Source of the DNA: a virus
Lineage: Duplodnaviria; Caudoviricetes
Virus record (IMG/VR): IMGVR_UViG_3300028591_000072
Location: 96,001 to 160,000 of that record
DNA: 64,000 bases
Direction: 5' to 3' (one strand)
A model generated the notes under the pieces. That model made no database searches. It was not told the origin of the DNA and saw only the letters and a program-made list of their open reading frames with translations. The translations under genes were made by a program, and so were the position numbers. This document shows positions 29,295 to 38,535 of this stretch, in pieces; the stretch's first letter is position 1, and each line of letters starts with the position of its first letter.

Positions 29295-29884
29295 TATTTA
29301 GCGTTTTTAATCTTATTATATCTTTCCTTTTCAATAGCGTAAGCAAGTTCGTTTGCTTGTCTAATAACAGTTGTATAAATTGAAAGGAATGGTTTCTTTG
29401 ATGCCTCAACATCCTCGTCAAGACAAGTTATTGCCTCAAATTCAATTGGTGTAAGTTTAACTCCATTGTTAAGAGCCTCAAGAGCGCTTCTTTCCCCACC
29501 TTTAAGGCATCCTTCAACACCTTTTGCAAACTTAAACATAAGTCCACGATTTTTGATTTCCCAATCGTTGTCATTTTCAACGTATACAAGTCTTTTTGAC
29601 AGATGCATAATTGAAATCGCTTTCAATAATGTATCTTCGTCAATTTCAAACGTTCCTGAAATCATTTTGGCGACTCTTTGGGCCAATGCCATAACCATAT
29701 TAATATGAATAATAAGAGCGCCTTTATAAGCAGTACCCATTTCTTCACTAACAGCACACGGAGAAGACAATAATTCAGTCTTCAGTTTTTCCATGTCATA
29801 GTTTTTAGTTAATCCAAGTTTTTCAAATACTCCGTAAAATTTTACCCACTCAGTGTAGGCTTGTTCCTGTGTCAATGTTTTCAT
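29294..29884 (-). CDS. HD-domain-like protein (degenerate)
   Basis: AYKGALIIH...ISIMHLSK...GERS...QANELA resembles YhaM-like HD hydrolases, but the HD dyad is absent. Confidence 0.5.
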   Translation of the reverse strand: MKTLTQEQAYTEWVKFYGVFEKLGLTKNYDMEKLKTELLSSPCAVSEEMGTAYKGALIIHINMVMALAQRVAKMISGTFEIDEDTLLKAISIMHLSKRLVYVENDNDWEIKNRGLMFKFAKGVEGCLKGGERSALEALNNGVKLTPIEFEAITCLDEDVEASKKPFLSIYTTVIRQANELAYAIEKERYNKIKNAK

Positions 29885-29892
29885 AATTAAAA

Positions 29893-30066
29893 TTATTTTT
29901 TATTAAATTTTTCCATTAAGTCAAAAATGATAATAAAAGTTGATAAAACAACTGATATTATACCAAGAATCACAAAAATTGCAGAAAGCCCAATGTTAAC
30001 TGCTAGAATAAGCATACAAACTGCAATAATTAAATCTAAGATTGCTGAAATTAAATTAGTTTTCAT
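29893..30066 (-). CDS. Small membrane protein
   Basis: MKTNLISAILDLIIAVCMLIL... has two hydrophobic helices; the internal ATG is the more plausible start. Confidence 0.5.
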   Translation of the reverse strand: MKTNLISAILDLIIAVCMLILAVNIGLSAIFVILGIISVVLSTFIIIFDLMEKFNKK

Positions 30067-30173
30067 TTTATATGTTTTCTTTGCTTTAAACATACAAAAA
30101 CTTCCAGAAAAAAACAAAAAAAAACCTCGAAGATTTCTCAATCAACGAGGCAAAAACTAAAAACACTATGACA

Positions 30174-31406
30174 TTATTTTCTAATAATAGATTTGTACCA
30201 TTCGGCACGTACCTTAGTTACATTTTTTATATCATATTTATCCTTTACGGTTTCGTACATATTATCTGTCATTAACTTTATATATTCAGGGTGCTCAACT
30301 ATTTTTTTGATTGCTTGTCCCCAAGCTTTGTGCTTCTTTTCTGGTTCAATCAAAATACAATTCCCTTCGTAGTCAATCTCGCCACCTTTTTTGAATATTG
30401 ACTTGCTTCCAATTGTATATGGACCAAAATTAGTTGCTATTACAGCAGTTCTTGTAAATCCGCCTTCAATGAATTTCAATTCAGATTTTACTTCATTGAA
30501 TGAATTACAATCCAACGGTGCAAAAATGACATCAAGATTTCTGTAATGCTCGGCAAAATTCTTTACATCTTTTGTCCATTCACGTCTATAATGCTCTTGG
30601 TTAACAGTTGGCCACTGAACATTTTTTAGGAATTTAAGCAAAAAATCCTTATATGCATTACTACAAATATTATAATTGTCTGTTACAATTTTTTCATAGG
30701 TATACCAAACAGATTCAGTTGGCTTTATCGGCCTTTGGCCTTGAATACTTCCATCTGGGTTAATCATTGTCATTGTGCCCCTAAGGTCATATCCACAAAG
30801 AACAATTTGTATTTTTTCCAAAATTTCTTTAGGAATTGCATTAACAACGCCCTTAAATTGTTCCATATCCTTTTCATGTGATGAACCCATCACGAACCCA
30901 AATCTTATTTTATCAGATTCATTTTTTATTGGTTGGTATTGGTCTTCTTCAGGGTCAATCGCATTTGGAAAAACAAATACGTTTTTATTGTATTTTTTAA
31001 TCTTATTTGCAAATATTTCAGTAGTTGTTGTTATATAATCAGCACGTTTTAAACTCTCAATTATCTTTTCAGCAACATGCATTGATTTATTTTGTGCATA
31101 AAGAGGGTGATTAGGACCAACTTCCCAATTATCGTCAATATCAATAATACTAACAATATTATGTATCTTAAAATAATCAAGAGCAGCCCAAAAAGGTTCC
31201 ATCCTACTAAATAATCCCTTATGAACATGAACAATATCAAAATCATCAAAATAAGATAAATTAATCCAATCTGGCTGATAATTTATTTCTACATCAAACT
31301 CATCTCCATATAATTTGTCCAAATTTGTATGAGGGCTTACTGAACGGTATAATCCAACGCCAAAAGTATCACTTGGAATAACAAGTACTTTTATTTTTTT
31401 ATCCAT
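30174..31406 (-). CDS. Glycosyltransferase (GT-B)
   Basis: GVGLYRS..PH, DIDDNW, VFPNAID and APL...FNEVKSELKFIEGG. Confidence 0.8.
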   Translation of the reverse strand: MDKKIKVLVIPSDTFGVGLYRSVSPHTNLDKLYGDEFDVEINYQPDWINLSYFDDFDIVHVHKGLFSRMEPFWAALDYFKIHNIVSIIDIDDNWEVGPNHPLYAQNKSMHVAEKIIESLKRADYITTTTEIFANKIKKYNKNVFVFPNAIDPEEDQYQPIKNESDKIRFGFVMGSSHEKDMEQFKGVVNAIPKEILEKIQIVLCGYDLRGTMTMINPDGSIQGQRPIKPTESVWYTYEKIVTDNYNICSNAYKDFLLKFLKNVQWPTVNQEHYRREWTKDVKNFAEHYRNLDVIFAPLDCNSFNEVKSELKFIEGGFTRTAVIATNFGPYTIGSKSIFKKGGEIDYEGNCILIEPEKKHKAWGQAIKKIVEHPEYIKLMTDNMYETVKDKYDIKNVTKVRAEWYKSIIRK

Positions 31407-31431
31407 TTTTTTCTGTTTGTTTTGTTATTAA

Positions 31432-32127
31432 TTAAGACAATAAATCATTAACATTTAAATTATTTTCATTCGCATATTCTTTTGTTATGTTTTTGCAATT
31501 TTCGCTTAATGTTGAAGTAAAAGCCAAATCTTTTGCCTCTCCAGTTAATGTTGAACATCTATAACTTGTAACAGATGCATTTATTAGGTCATAATTTGAC
31601 ATATAACTTGCTTTTGAAGAATACATTTTGTTTGCAAATCCAAGTGAATTTGCATCTTTTGCGTCTCTTACATCGCTTCCCATGTAAACAAAAGTCCAAT
31701 TATATTCATCTTCCATTTCTTTAATCATTTCCTTTACTTTTGAAGCGCTGTATTCTCTTGATGAATTTTCCTCACCGTCAGTCATTACAACAACGACATT
31801 TTTTTCAGGCCTTTCATCTTCATCTATATCGTTAATCCAATTCTTGATATTGTTTATTGCTGTTCCAACAGCATCAAATAACGCCGTACAACCGCCAGGT
31901 CTATAGTCATCATCAATATAATCAACTTCTCTAACATCAATTCCACGATACACTTCTGTTACATTGCTATTGAATTTATAATATGAAATAGAACAACTTC
32001 CGTCTTTATTTTCACGCTGTTCGTCAATTACACGTTTAAAACCGCCTATTACATCTGTTTCTATTCCTGTCATACTTCCTGACTCATCTATTACAAAAAC
32101 AATATTTACAAAACCGTTTTTACTCAT
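31432..32127 (-). CDS. von Willebrand factor A domain protein
   Basis: MIDAS motif DESGSM, TALFDA and MTDGEEN. Confidence 0.9.
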   Translation of the reverse strand: MSKNGFVNIVFVIDESGSMTGIETDVIGGFKRVIDEQRENKDGSCSISYYKFNSNVTEVYRGIDVREVDYIDDDYRPGGCTALFDAVGTAINNIKNWINDIDEDERPEKNVVVVMTDGEENSSREYSASKVKEMIKEMEDEYNWTFVYMGSDVRDAKDANSLGFANKMYSSKASYMSNYDLINASVTSYRCSTLTGEAKDLAFTSTLSENCKNITKEYANENNLNVNDLLS

Positions 32128-33277
32128 TTTCTTTTATTATTTTTAGTAAATTATTTTTATCCGTTATAACATCATAAGGAAAATCAATTATAAAATTTGA
32201 ATAATATAGAAGTTTAACATTGTTTTTATCACAAAGTTCTTTTTTTATTCTATCTCTTTCTTGTATTTGTTTTATTTTTTCTTCTGTATAAAAAGATTTT
32301 TTATTTCTAGAATGAAAAAAATGCTGAATTCCTTGACATTCTATTCCAATATTATACTTAGGAATAAAAAAGTCAATAGATTGTTTTCCAAGCCAATCAA
32401 ATTTTTTCCATCTTTCATGCTCTATATTATTAAGTGTTAATAAATTTTCAATTTCTTTTTCTAATTTACTTTCTTTACAATTTGGGCAGCCATCATTATT
32501 TAAATGTCTATTTGGAGTTTGCCAAAATTCACCGTGTTCAGGACAAATTATACAAACTTTTGTATGATTATTTGTATATTCAACCTTTGAATAATCATAT
32601 TTTTCTCCGTGAACTTTTTTTGCGTCATTTATGAATTCTTCTATGTTTTTTGTCCTGTTTTTATTTTTCATATAATTTCCGCATTTTGGACATCCTTGTC
32701 CAAAAATATGCATATATGGTGCCTGAAAAAAATCTCCATGAATTTTACATGTAATACAAACTTTAGTATAATTATCTTTATATATTGTTTTAGAATAGTC
32801 ATATTTGTTATCATGAATTTCATTTGATTTTTTTATGAAATATTCATTATCATATATTTTTTTACCTTTTCTTTTATTAGAGCATTTTTTACATTCATGC
32901 CCACATAAATGATGTGAAGGTGTTTGCCAAAATTCGCCATGCTCAGGACAAATAATACAAACCTTTGTGTGGTTGTTTATATATTCAACTTTTGAATAAT
33001 CATATTTATTACCATAAAGTTCGATAGATTCTTTTATAAAGTCATCAGTTGTTTTTGATTTACATTTTGATTTTTTTTCATTAGAGCATTTTTTACATCC
33101 GTAGCCATTTAAATGTAAATTTGGTGTTTGCCAAAATTCTCCGTGTATTGGACATATTATGCAGACTTTAGTGTTCTTGTTTAAATACTTAACTTTTGAG
33201 TAATCATATTTATTGCCGTGTATATATTTTGATTTTTCAATAAATTCTTCTTTAGTTAATTTTTTCATAAAAGACAT
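32120..33277 (-). CDS. Putative homing endonuclease (four zinc repeats plus Vsr-like domain)
   Basis: YDYSK...KVCIICPEHGEFWQTP repeats and DFFIPKYNIGIECQGIQH; late motif at 33284-33293. Confidence 0.8.
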   Translation of the reverse strand: MSFMKKLTKEEFIEKSKYIHGNKYDYSKVKYLNKNTKVCIICPIHGEFWQTPNLHLNGYGCKKCSNEKKSKCKSKTTDDFIKESIELYGNKYDYSKVEYINNHTKVCIICPEHGEFWQTPSHHLCGHECKKCSNKRKGKKIYDNEYFIKKSNEIHDNKYDYSKTIYKDNYTKVCITCKIHGDFFQAPYMHIFGQGCPKCGNYMKNKNRTKNIEEFINDAKKVHGEKYDYSKVEYTNNHTKVCIICPEHGEFWQTPNRHLNNDGCPNCKESKLEKEIENLLTLNNIEHERWKKFDWLGKQSIDFFIPKYNIGIECQGIQHFFHSRNKKSFYTEEKIKQIQERDRIKKELCDKNNVKLLYYSNFIIDFPYDVITDKNNLLKIIKENE

Positions 33278-33422
33278 TTTATATATAAATAGTAAAAAAC
33301 ATAAAAAATTAGCAAAAACAAAATAAAAATAAATATGTTTTTGTGCTATATTTAATCATTTTTAATTGTTTTTATTTAAAACTTAAAATACAAACTATTT
33401 ATAAACGTATAATTGTAATTTT

Positions 33423-33794
33423 ATGAAAAAGGAATATACTGATTTTATATGTGCATTGCATGGCTATACAATAAGAGTCAAAGAAATACATTGGAATACC
33501 ACAAATAATTCTGAACATTTATTATGTGATGAAATAAATGATTGCATTTTTGAATGTGAAGACGAATTTACAGAATGTTGCATGGGAATTGAGGGAAAAC
33601 ATTTTCAAATTGGGAAATTATTACCAATATTACCAAATGCAGAAAGTCTTTTGCCAATGCTAAAAGAACTTGAAGAAGATGTTTTATCAATGAAAAAAAA
33701 GTGTAATGACACAACAGAAAGCGGACTTACGAATGTATTAGACGATATGATGCAAAATGTTAATAAATTCAAATATAGAGCAACCCAAAAATGA
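33423..33794 (+). CDS. Ferritin/Dps-like four-helix protein
   Basis: KEIHWNT...EHLLCDE...DEFTE...NVLDD...NKFKY; late motif at 33393-33403. Confidence 0.6.
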   Translation: MKKEYTDFICALHGYTIRVKEIHWNTTNNSEHLLCDEINDCIFECEDEFTECCMGIEGKHFQIGKLLPILPNAESLLPMLKELEEDVLSMKKKCNDTTESGLTNVLDDMMQNVNKFKYRATQK

Positions 33795-34435
33795 GCAAAA
33801 AAACAATAATATTAACAGATAAACAACTTGACGAAATTGCAAATGGTGTAAGTAGTTATTTGGATACGTTGGGAACAACTCCTGATATGCCAGAAGATTT
33901 TGCAAATCAGACAAGTTTGGGCTCTAATGGATACGGAGAAGCTTATACTGACCCTGAAACATCAGATGACTTTGGAAAGCGCCACTACCCTGAATATAGA
34001 TGGGCATTGGGTCCAAGGACATTTGGAAAAGGTCCGTCAAATATTCATGAAATGTCAAAAAAAGATTGGGAAAACAAATATATTTTAAATGAAGAAGAAA
34101 AAAACGGGCAGCATTTATCAAATATTAATTTCGGCAATTCAGACAAACAATATTCAGATGATGCGATGACACAATATCAATACAGAAAAAGAAAAGCAGC
34201 AAGACAAGCATTAAATGGTTCAACACCAGAGGAAAAAATGAAAGGTCTCCAATCATTACAAAGAATAAATAACAACAACGGAAAAAGTAGAGAAGTCGCT
34301 GAAAAACAATTTAATGCAGCGAAGGCTTCTGCAAGAGTTTTGCCAAAAAAGATAAAATCAGCGCCAAAAACAGGAATTGGAACAACACATGACAAAAAAT
34401 TAAAAAACGGAATAATAACAACAGCAAAAGAATAA
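33791..34435 (+). CDS. Hypothetical protein with shared-leader variant
   Basis: MSKKTIILTDKQLDEI. Confidence 0.65.
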   Translation: MSKKTIILTDKQLDEIANGVSSYLDTLGTTPDMPEDFANQTSLGSNGYGEAYTDPETSDDFGKRHYPEYRWALGPRTFGKGPSNIHEMSKKDWENKYILNEEEKNGQHLSNINFGNSDKQYSDDAMTQYQYRKRKAARQALNGSTPEEKMKGLQSLQRINNNNGKSREVAEKQFNAAKASARVLPKKIKSAPKTGIGTTHDKKLKNGIITTAKE

Positions 34436-34455
34436 AATCAAAAAACTAAAATATT

Positions 34456-34830
34456 ATGCAAACTTGTTTAGAAAAAAAGGGTATTGAATCAAGACAAAAT
34501 CTATTACCAAGAAATGATTATACAAGGGTTGAAGAATACTCACAAACACACCCTGATGCATTGGCAACAGGAGACCCACAAGGAAAAGGAACAGGACATG
34601 GCGGACACACACATTCAATTCCAGATTGTACAGCACCTTCAACAATAAACTATTCTAATTTTGATACAAACGGCGGAGGTGGCTCATACGACATAAACGG
34701 AAGAAATGGCGTTGGTGGTAGGATTTTTTGCCAAAACATTTCAATGTACAACGAAGCAAATAGTTATTGTAATGTTTCAATTGATACAACAGCAAATGTT
34801 GCTGACGGACAAATTGTTATTAAGGCATAA
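34456..34830 (+). CDS. Gly-rich hypothetical (probable structural) protein
   Basis: 124-aa ORF in the late operon. Confidence 0.6.
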   Translation: MQTCLEKKGIESRQNLLPRNDYTRVEEYSQTHPDALATGDPQGKGTGHGGHTHSIPDCTAPSTINYSNFDTNGGGGSYDINGRNGVGGRIFCQNISMYNEANSYCNVSIDTTANVADGQIVIKA

Positions 34831-35687
34831 TGAAAAAAAGACTAATACATATAAACGAGACCGTTTCATTATCTAAAAAAAGATTCGGAAAAGAAACTTG
34901 GCAATTAAGCAAAGAAGAAAAAATCCAATTTGCAATTGAAAATTGCCGTAGAATCCGAATTACTTATGACGATAAAAAAGGCGGGAAAGGTAAAAATACA
35001 AGATACCTTTTGCCATTGGTATATGGTATTACAAAAAACGGAAAAAGTGCAATTAGGGCCTTTCAGACTTATGGCTCAACAAAAAGAGGTGTTCCCAAAT
35101 ACAAACTTTTCCTAACAGACAACATAGGACAAGTTGATATCGGACGTGTAAAATATTATGATTATGAACAAGAATTATTAAGCACGGGATTTAACGATTC
35201 CGGAGATAAAGGATTCTCTGACATTTATTCGATAACCCCACTTGCAAGAAATTTCAATGTGGCAAATCTGTCAAATCAAAATCAACCAATAGATTCAAAC
35301 CCAGTTCAAAAATCAGATATTGATAAAGGAGAAAAGCCACAAGCAACGCCAACACATCAAACACGGCCAACGCAAACAATAAATGTTGCACAAAAAAATA
35401 TTGACAATTTAGGACAAAAAAGTTACTTTCAAAATAAAGTTGAGGCACCAGATACTGAGCCTGTTTCAAAAGGCGAAATCGAAAACGGGGAAAATATACC
35501 GCAGCCAACACAGGTAAGCCAATCACCAATTGATATTGGTGATGAAACGGAACCAGTAGAAAAATCAGATATCGAACCTCAAATTAATACAGATAATGTT
35601 TTATCTAAGTCTTATAAAGATATGATGGACAGAATGGATAATCTTTATAACGATGAAGATGAAGAAAATGATGAAGATAATTTATAA
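34830..35687 (+). CDS. WYL-like domain protein with a low-complexity tail
   Basis: AIENCRRIRITY...RYLLPLVYG...IRAFQ...YKLFLTDNI. Confidence 0.55.
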   Translation: MKKRLIHINETVSLSKKRFGKETWQLSKEEKIQFAIENCRRIRITYDDKKGGKGKNTRYLLPLVYGITKNGKSAIRAFQTYGSTKRGVPKYKLFLTDNIGQVDIGRVKYYDYEQELLSTGFNDSGDKGFSDIYSITPLARNFNVANLSNQNQPIDSNPVQKSDIDKGEKPQATPTHQTRPTQTINVAQKNIDNLGQKSYFQNKVEAPDTEPVSKGEIENGENIPQPTQVSQSPIDIGDETEPVEKSDIEPQINTDNVLSKSYKDMMDRMDNLYNDEDEENDEDNL

Positions 35688-35692
35688 TTAAA

Positions 35693-36301
35693 ATGGCAGT
35701 TTCAAAACAACAATTAGCACAAATTATAGGAAAAGCAAGGGATTTATGTAATCCTGAAGGTGACAGGCTTGTTGAATCATATAAAGGTGATGGCAATTTC
35801 GATAGAAATGACCCAGACCCATCTTCATATGACGATTATTCTCAATTTGATAGAATGTACCTTAATGAAGAAGAAGATTATCAGCCACAAAAAAGAAATG
35901 TTCAAACAAAAGACATTAGATATAATCAGCAAACGGCAGCAAATAGCAAAATGCCTGACAAAATCAAACAATCAATGCTTAATGAAGTCATAGATGTAAC
36001 TGCATTGGATAATCAGTCTGTTTTATCAGGAATGGATATACCTGGCGTAAACAGAAAACCGCAACAAAGCAGAAGGCCCGTTAATGAACAACAATATCAG
36101 ACACAAGGCGGAAACATTGACTATTCAATAATAAAAGCAATTGTAAATGAATGCTTGAATGATTATTTCTCAAGACAACCATTGAATGAAAGCGCATCAA
36201 TTAGCACAATTGGACTAAAGCCAGGCGTTATAAAAGTGGTTGATAGTAAAGGAAATGTATTTTCAGGTAAACTTGAAAAAATAGGAAATACAAAAAATTA
36301 A
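35693..36301 (+). CDS. Hypothetical protein with an internal leader-like segment
   Basis: IDYSIIKAIVNECLNDY...LNES. Confidence 0.6.
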   Translation: MAVSKQQLAQIIGKARDLCNPEGDRLVESYKGDGNFDRNDPDPSSYDDYSQFDRMYLNEEEDYQPQKRNVQTKDIRYNQQTAANSKMPDKIKQSMLNEVIDVTALDNQSVLSGMDIPGVNRKPQQSRRPVNEQQYQTQGGNIDYSIIKAIVNECLNDYFSRQPLNESASISTIGLKPGVIKVVDSKGNVFSGKLEKIGNTKN

Positions 36302-36322
36302 CGAAATAATGAATTTATAAAG

Positions 36323-36353
36323 AAAAGTCAGTCATAAACGGCTGACTTTTTTT
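36323..36353 (+). terminator. Terminator (AAAGTCAG family)
   Basis: AAAAGTCAGTC-ATAAAC-GGCTGACTTTTTTT. Confidence 0.75.
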
Positions 36354-36390
36354 GTTTATAGCAAACTATTTATAAAGAAAAGTTTTAGAA

Positions 36391-36966
36391 ATGAGTAAAA
36401 AACAAATTATTAAAATAAACGAAAGTCAATTAAAACAAGTTGTCACTGAAATTGTGAAAAAAATGTTGAAAGAAGAAACTTCAGACAGTTGGCAACATCA
36501 AGACTTTGATTTTAGAAACGCATGTGAAAGGCTTTGTGGAGAAATTGAATTAGGTAATTACGATAATAGAATAACAGATGCCGAATGGGTTGAAGACATG
36601 GAAAATAAATACGAAAATGATAATAATGGCACAGTTGGTAATATACGTAAGGCTATAAATGATAGATTATCCATAATTGCAAATGATTCATCAGGCAAAA
36701 GCCAGTATATGAGCAATGAAATAGCAAAAAGAATAGTATCTGAATCAATGAAAAATGTATTGAAAGAAGAACAAGAAAATACATATGAAACATTAATAGA
36801 AATTATGAATAAACTTGATATGATTATGCATAGCGGATTTATACCATTTTCTTCGCCAAGTCCTTCATCAACAGAAAAAAAAGTTGCTGATTCAATAAGG
36901 CAAGCAAATGAATTATTAAAACAAGCCGCCATTGGTTGTAAACAATTAGGATATGGGATTAATTAA
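36391..36966 (+). CDS. Protein with two copies of the shared leader
   Basis: MSKKQIIKINESQLKQVVTEIVKKMLKEE and internal IAKRIVSESMKNVLKEE; late motif at 36364-36374. Confidence 0.75.
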   Translation: MSKKQIIKINESQLKQVVTEIVKKMLKEETSDSWQHQDFDFRNACERLCGEIELGNYDNRITDAEWVEDMENKYENDNNGTVGNIRKAINDRLSIIANDSSGKSQYMSNEIAKRIVSESMKNVLKEEQENTYETLIEIMNKLDMIMHSGFIPFSSPSPSSTEKKVADSIRQANELLKQAAIGCKQLGYGIN

Positions 36967-36969
36967 ATA

Positions 36970-37001
36970 AAAAAAAGTCGGTCAAATGGCCGACTTTTTT
37001 T
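36970..37001. terminator. Bidirectional terminator
   Basis: AAAAAAGTCGGTCA-AA-TGGCCGACTTTTTT between convergent genes. Confidence 0.75.
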
Positions 37002-38535
37002 ATGCCTCAGTTTCTACTTCATTTTCAAATTCAAGAGCGTTTATTTTCTCTTCTTTTGCATCCAAAACATCAAGTATTGTACCGATTACAATGTCTTTAT
37101 ATTCTTTTGACATAAATTTGCCTGTCAATGGGTCCACATCAACAATTTCAAGCATTGCTTTTGGCATGTCTCCATCTTCAAAATCCTCAAGTTCTTCAAG
37201 AGTCATATTGAAAACAATTTCAGCAAACCTTGCTTTCACCTTGTCAATTCCAAGTTGTCTTTCACGTTTCATTCTTTCAATGTAATCGTTTTTGATTTGT
37301 TCCCAATCCATTTCACAGTAATCCAAATACGGTGGTTCCCATTCAGGATGCGACATCCAAAACTTAATTTCCCTATCATCAAGAGTCATAAGTTGTTCAT
37401 ATGTGTCTTGGTCTGATTCTTTATTTGGGAAGCCATTGCATAATTCACATTGGTCATATGTGAAATATTGTCTGTCATCAGGATTTGTAATTAAAATTTT
37501 ATTTCTAATTTCAGGCCTGAAGCAAACCAAAAGAGGCGTAATTCTTTTATTGAATTGGTCAATATACTTTTGTACATTATATTCTTCGCCCTCTTTACAC
37601 ATTATATCTTCTTCTGAATCAACAATTTCTCTTGGTACCAATTTGCAATTAAGTATGACCTCATCTTCGATTATAACATCTGAATGATGTCTTTTTACAT
37701 AATCGTTGAATGACAAAGCACGTTCTTTTGGCGCTAACTTTCCATCAACATTGTTTTTTTTCCATTCTTTTTCCAATGCAACCCTGTAATCGGTTTTTTC
37801 TCCAAATAATCCGTCTACTTTATAATAATGGGTTACTTTTTTTGCATCGGTTTGTGATTTTGTCTTACCGATATTGATATAATAAATGGTTTCTCCCATA
37901 CTGACATCAAGATTCTCTCTCAATGCAAGTTCCATCCATGCTTGTCTTGATTTAGGCCTACCTGCTTTTGTTATTGTTTTGCAATCTTCAATATATTCAT
38001 CCAATGATTTTTTAATTTTTCCTTTTGAAGCAATCATTTTCAATGGAATTTGATAATTGTAAATTTTTTCGATATAGTCATAATATGCTTCAATAAAGTC
38101 TTGGCCTTTTTTGCTCAAAAGAAGTCTTATACCTTTTTCCAAGAATTTTGAAATATATTCAGGCATTTTTTTGGATTTAATTGTGTTACCAACCATTTTA
38201 ACATCCTTCGGAAATTCTTCATCAGGGAAATAGTCTGCATAGTTCTTTCTACTAAAGTTAATTGTTGCATCAACTATTTCGTCAATTCCAAGACCCATTT
38301 TATTAACGCAATTAGGACCATAATGAAAATCTTTCATAAACATATCATTAAACTCAGCAACATCAGCTTTAAATCCAGTATATTCTGCACCCGGTTTAGT
38401 TTCTCTTGAAAGACCTAAACTAACATATGGGTTATTTTTTGAATATCTATATTCACTTTTTTCAACATTTAGCCCAAAATACTTTGGTAAAGTAAGGGTC
38501 TTATCTTTTACTTTTATATTATAAAATTTACTCAT
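37000..38535 (-). CDS. Family B DNA polymerase, C-terminal subunit (late palm/thumb)
   Basis: ADVAEFND...GLGIDE...SRKNYA...KMVGNTIKSKK...YNVQKYIDQFNKRI. Confidence 0.8.
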   Translation of the reverse strand: MSKFYNIKVKDKTLTLPKYFGLNVEKSEYRYSKNNPYVSLGLSRETKPGAEYTGFKADVAEFNDMFMKDFHYGPNCVNKMGLGIDEIVDATINFSRKNYADYFPDEEFPKDVKMVGNTIKSKKMPEYISKFLEKGIRLLLSKKGQDFIEAYYDYIEKIYNYQIPLKMIASKGKIKKSLDEYIEDCKTITKAGRPKSRQAWMELALRENLDVSMGETIYYINIGKTKSQTDAKKVTHYYKVDGLFGEKTDYRVALEKEWKKNNVDGKLAPKERALSFNDYVKRHHSDVIIEDEVILNCKLVPREIVDSEEDIMCKEGEEYNVQKYIDQFNKRITPLLVCFRPEIRNKILITNPDDRQYFTYDQCELCNGFPNKESDQDTYEQLMTLDDREIKFWMSHPEWEPPYLDYCEMDWEQIKNDYIERMKRERQLGIDKVKARFAEIVFNMTLEELEDFEDGDMPKAMLEIVDVDPLTGKFMSKEYKDIVIGTILDVLDAKEEKINALEFENEVETEA

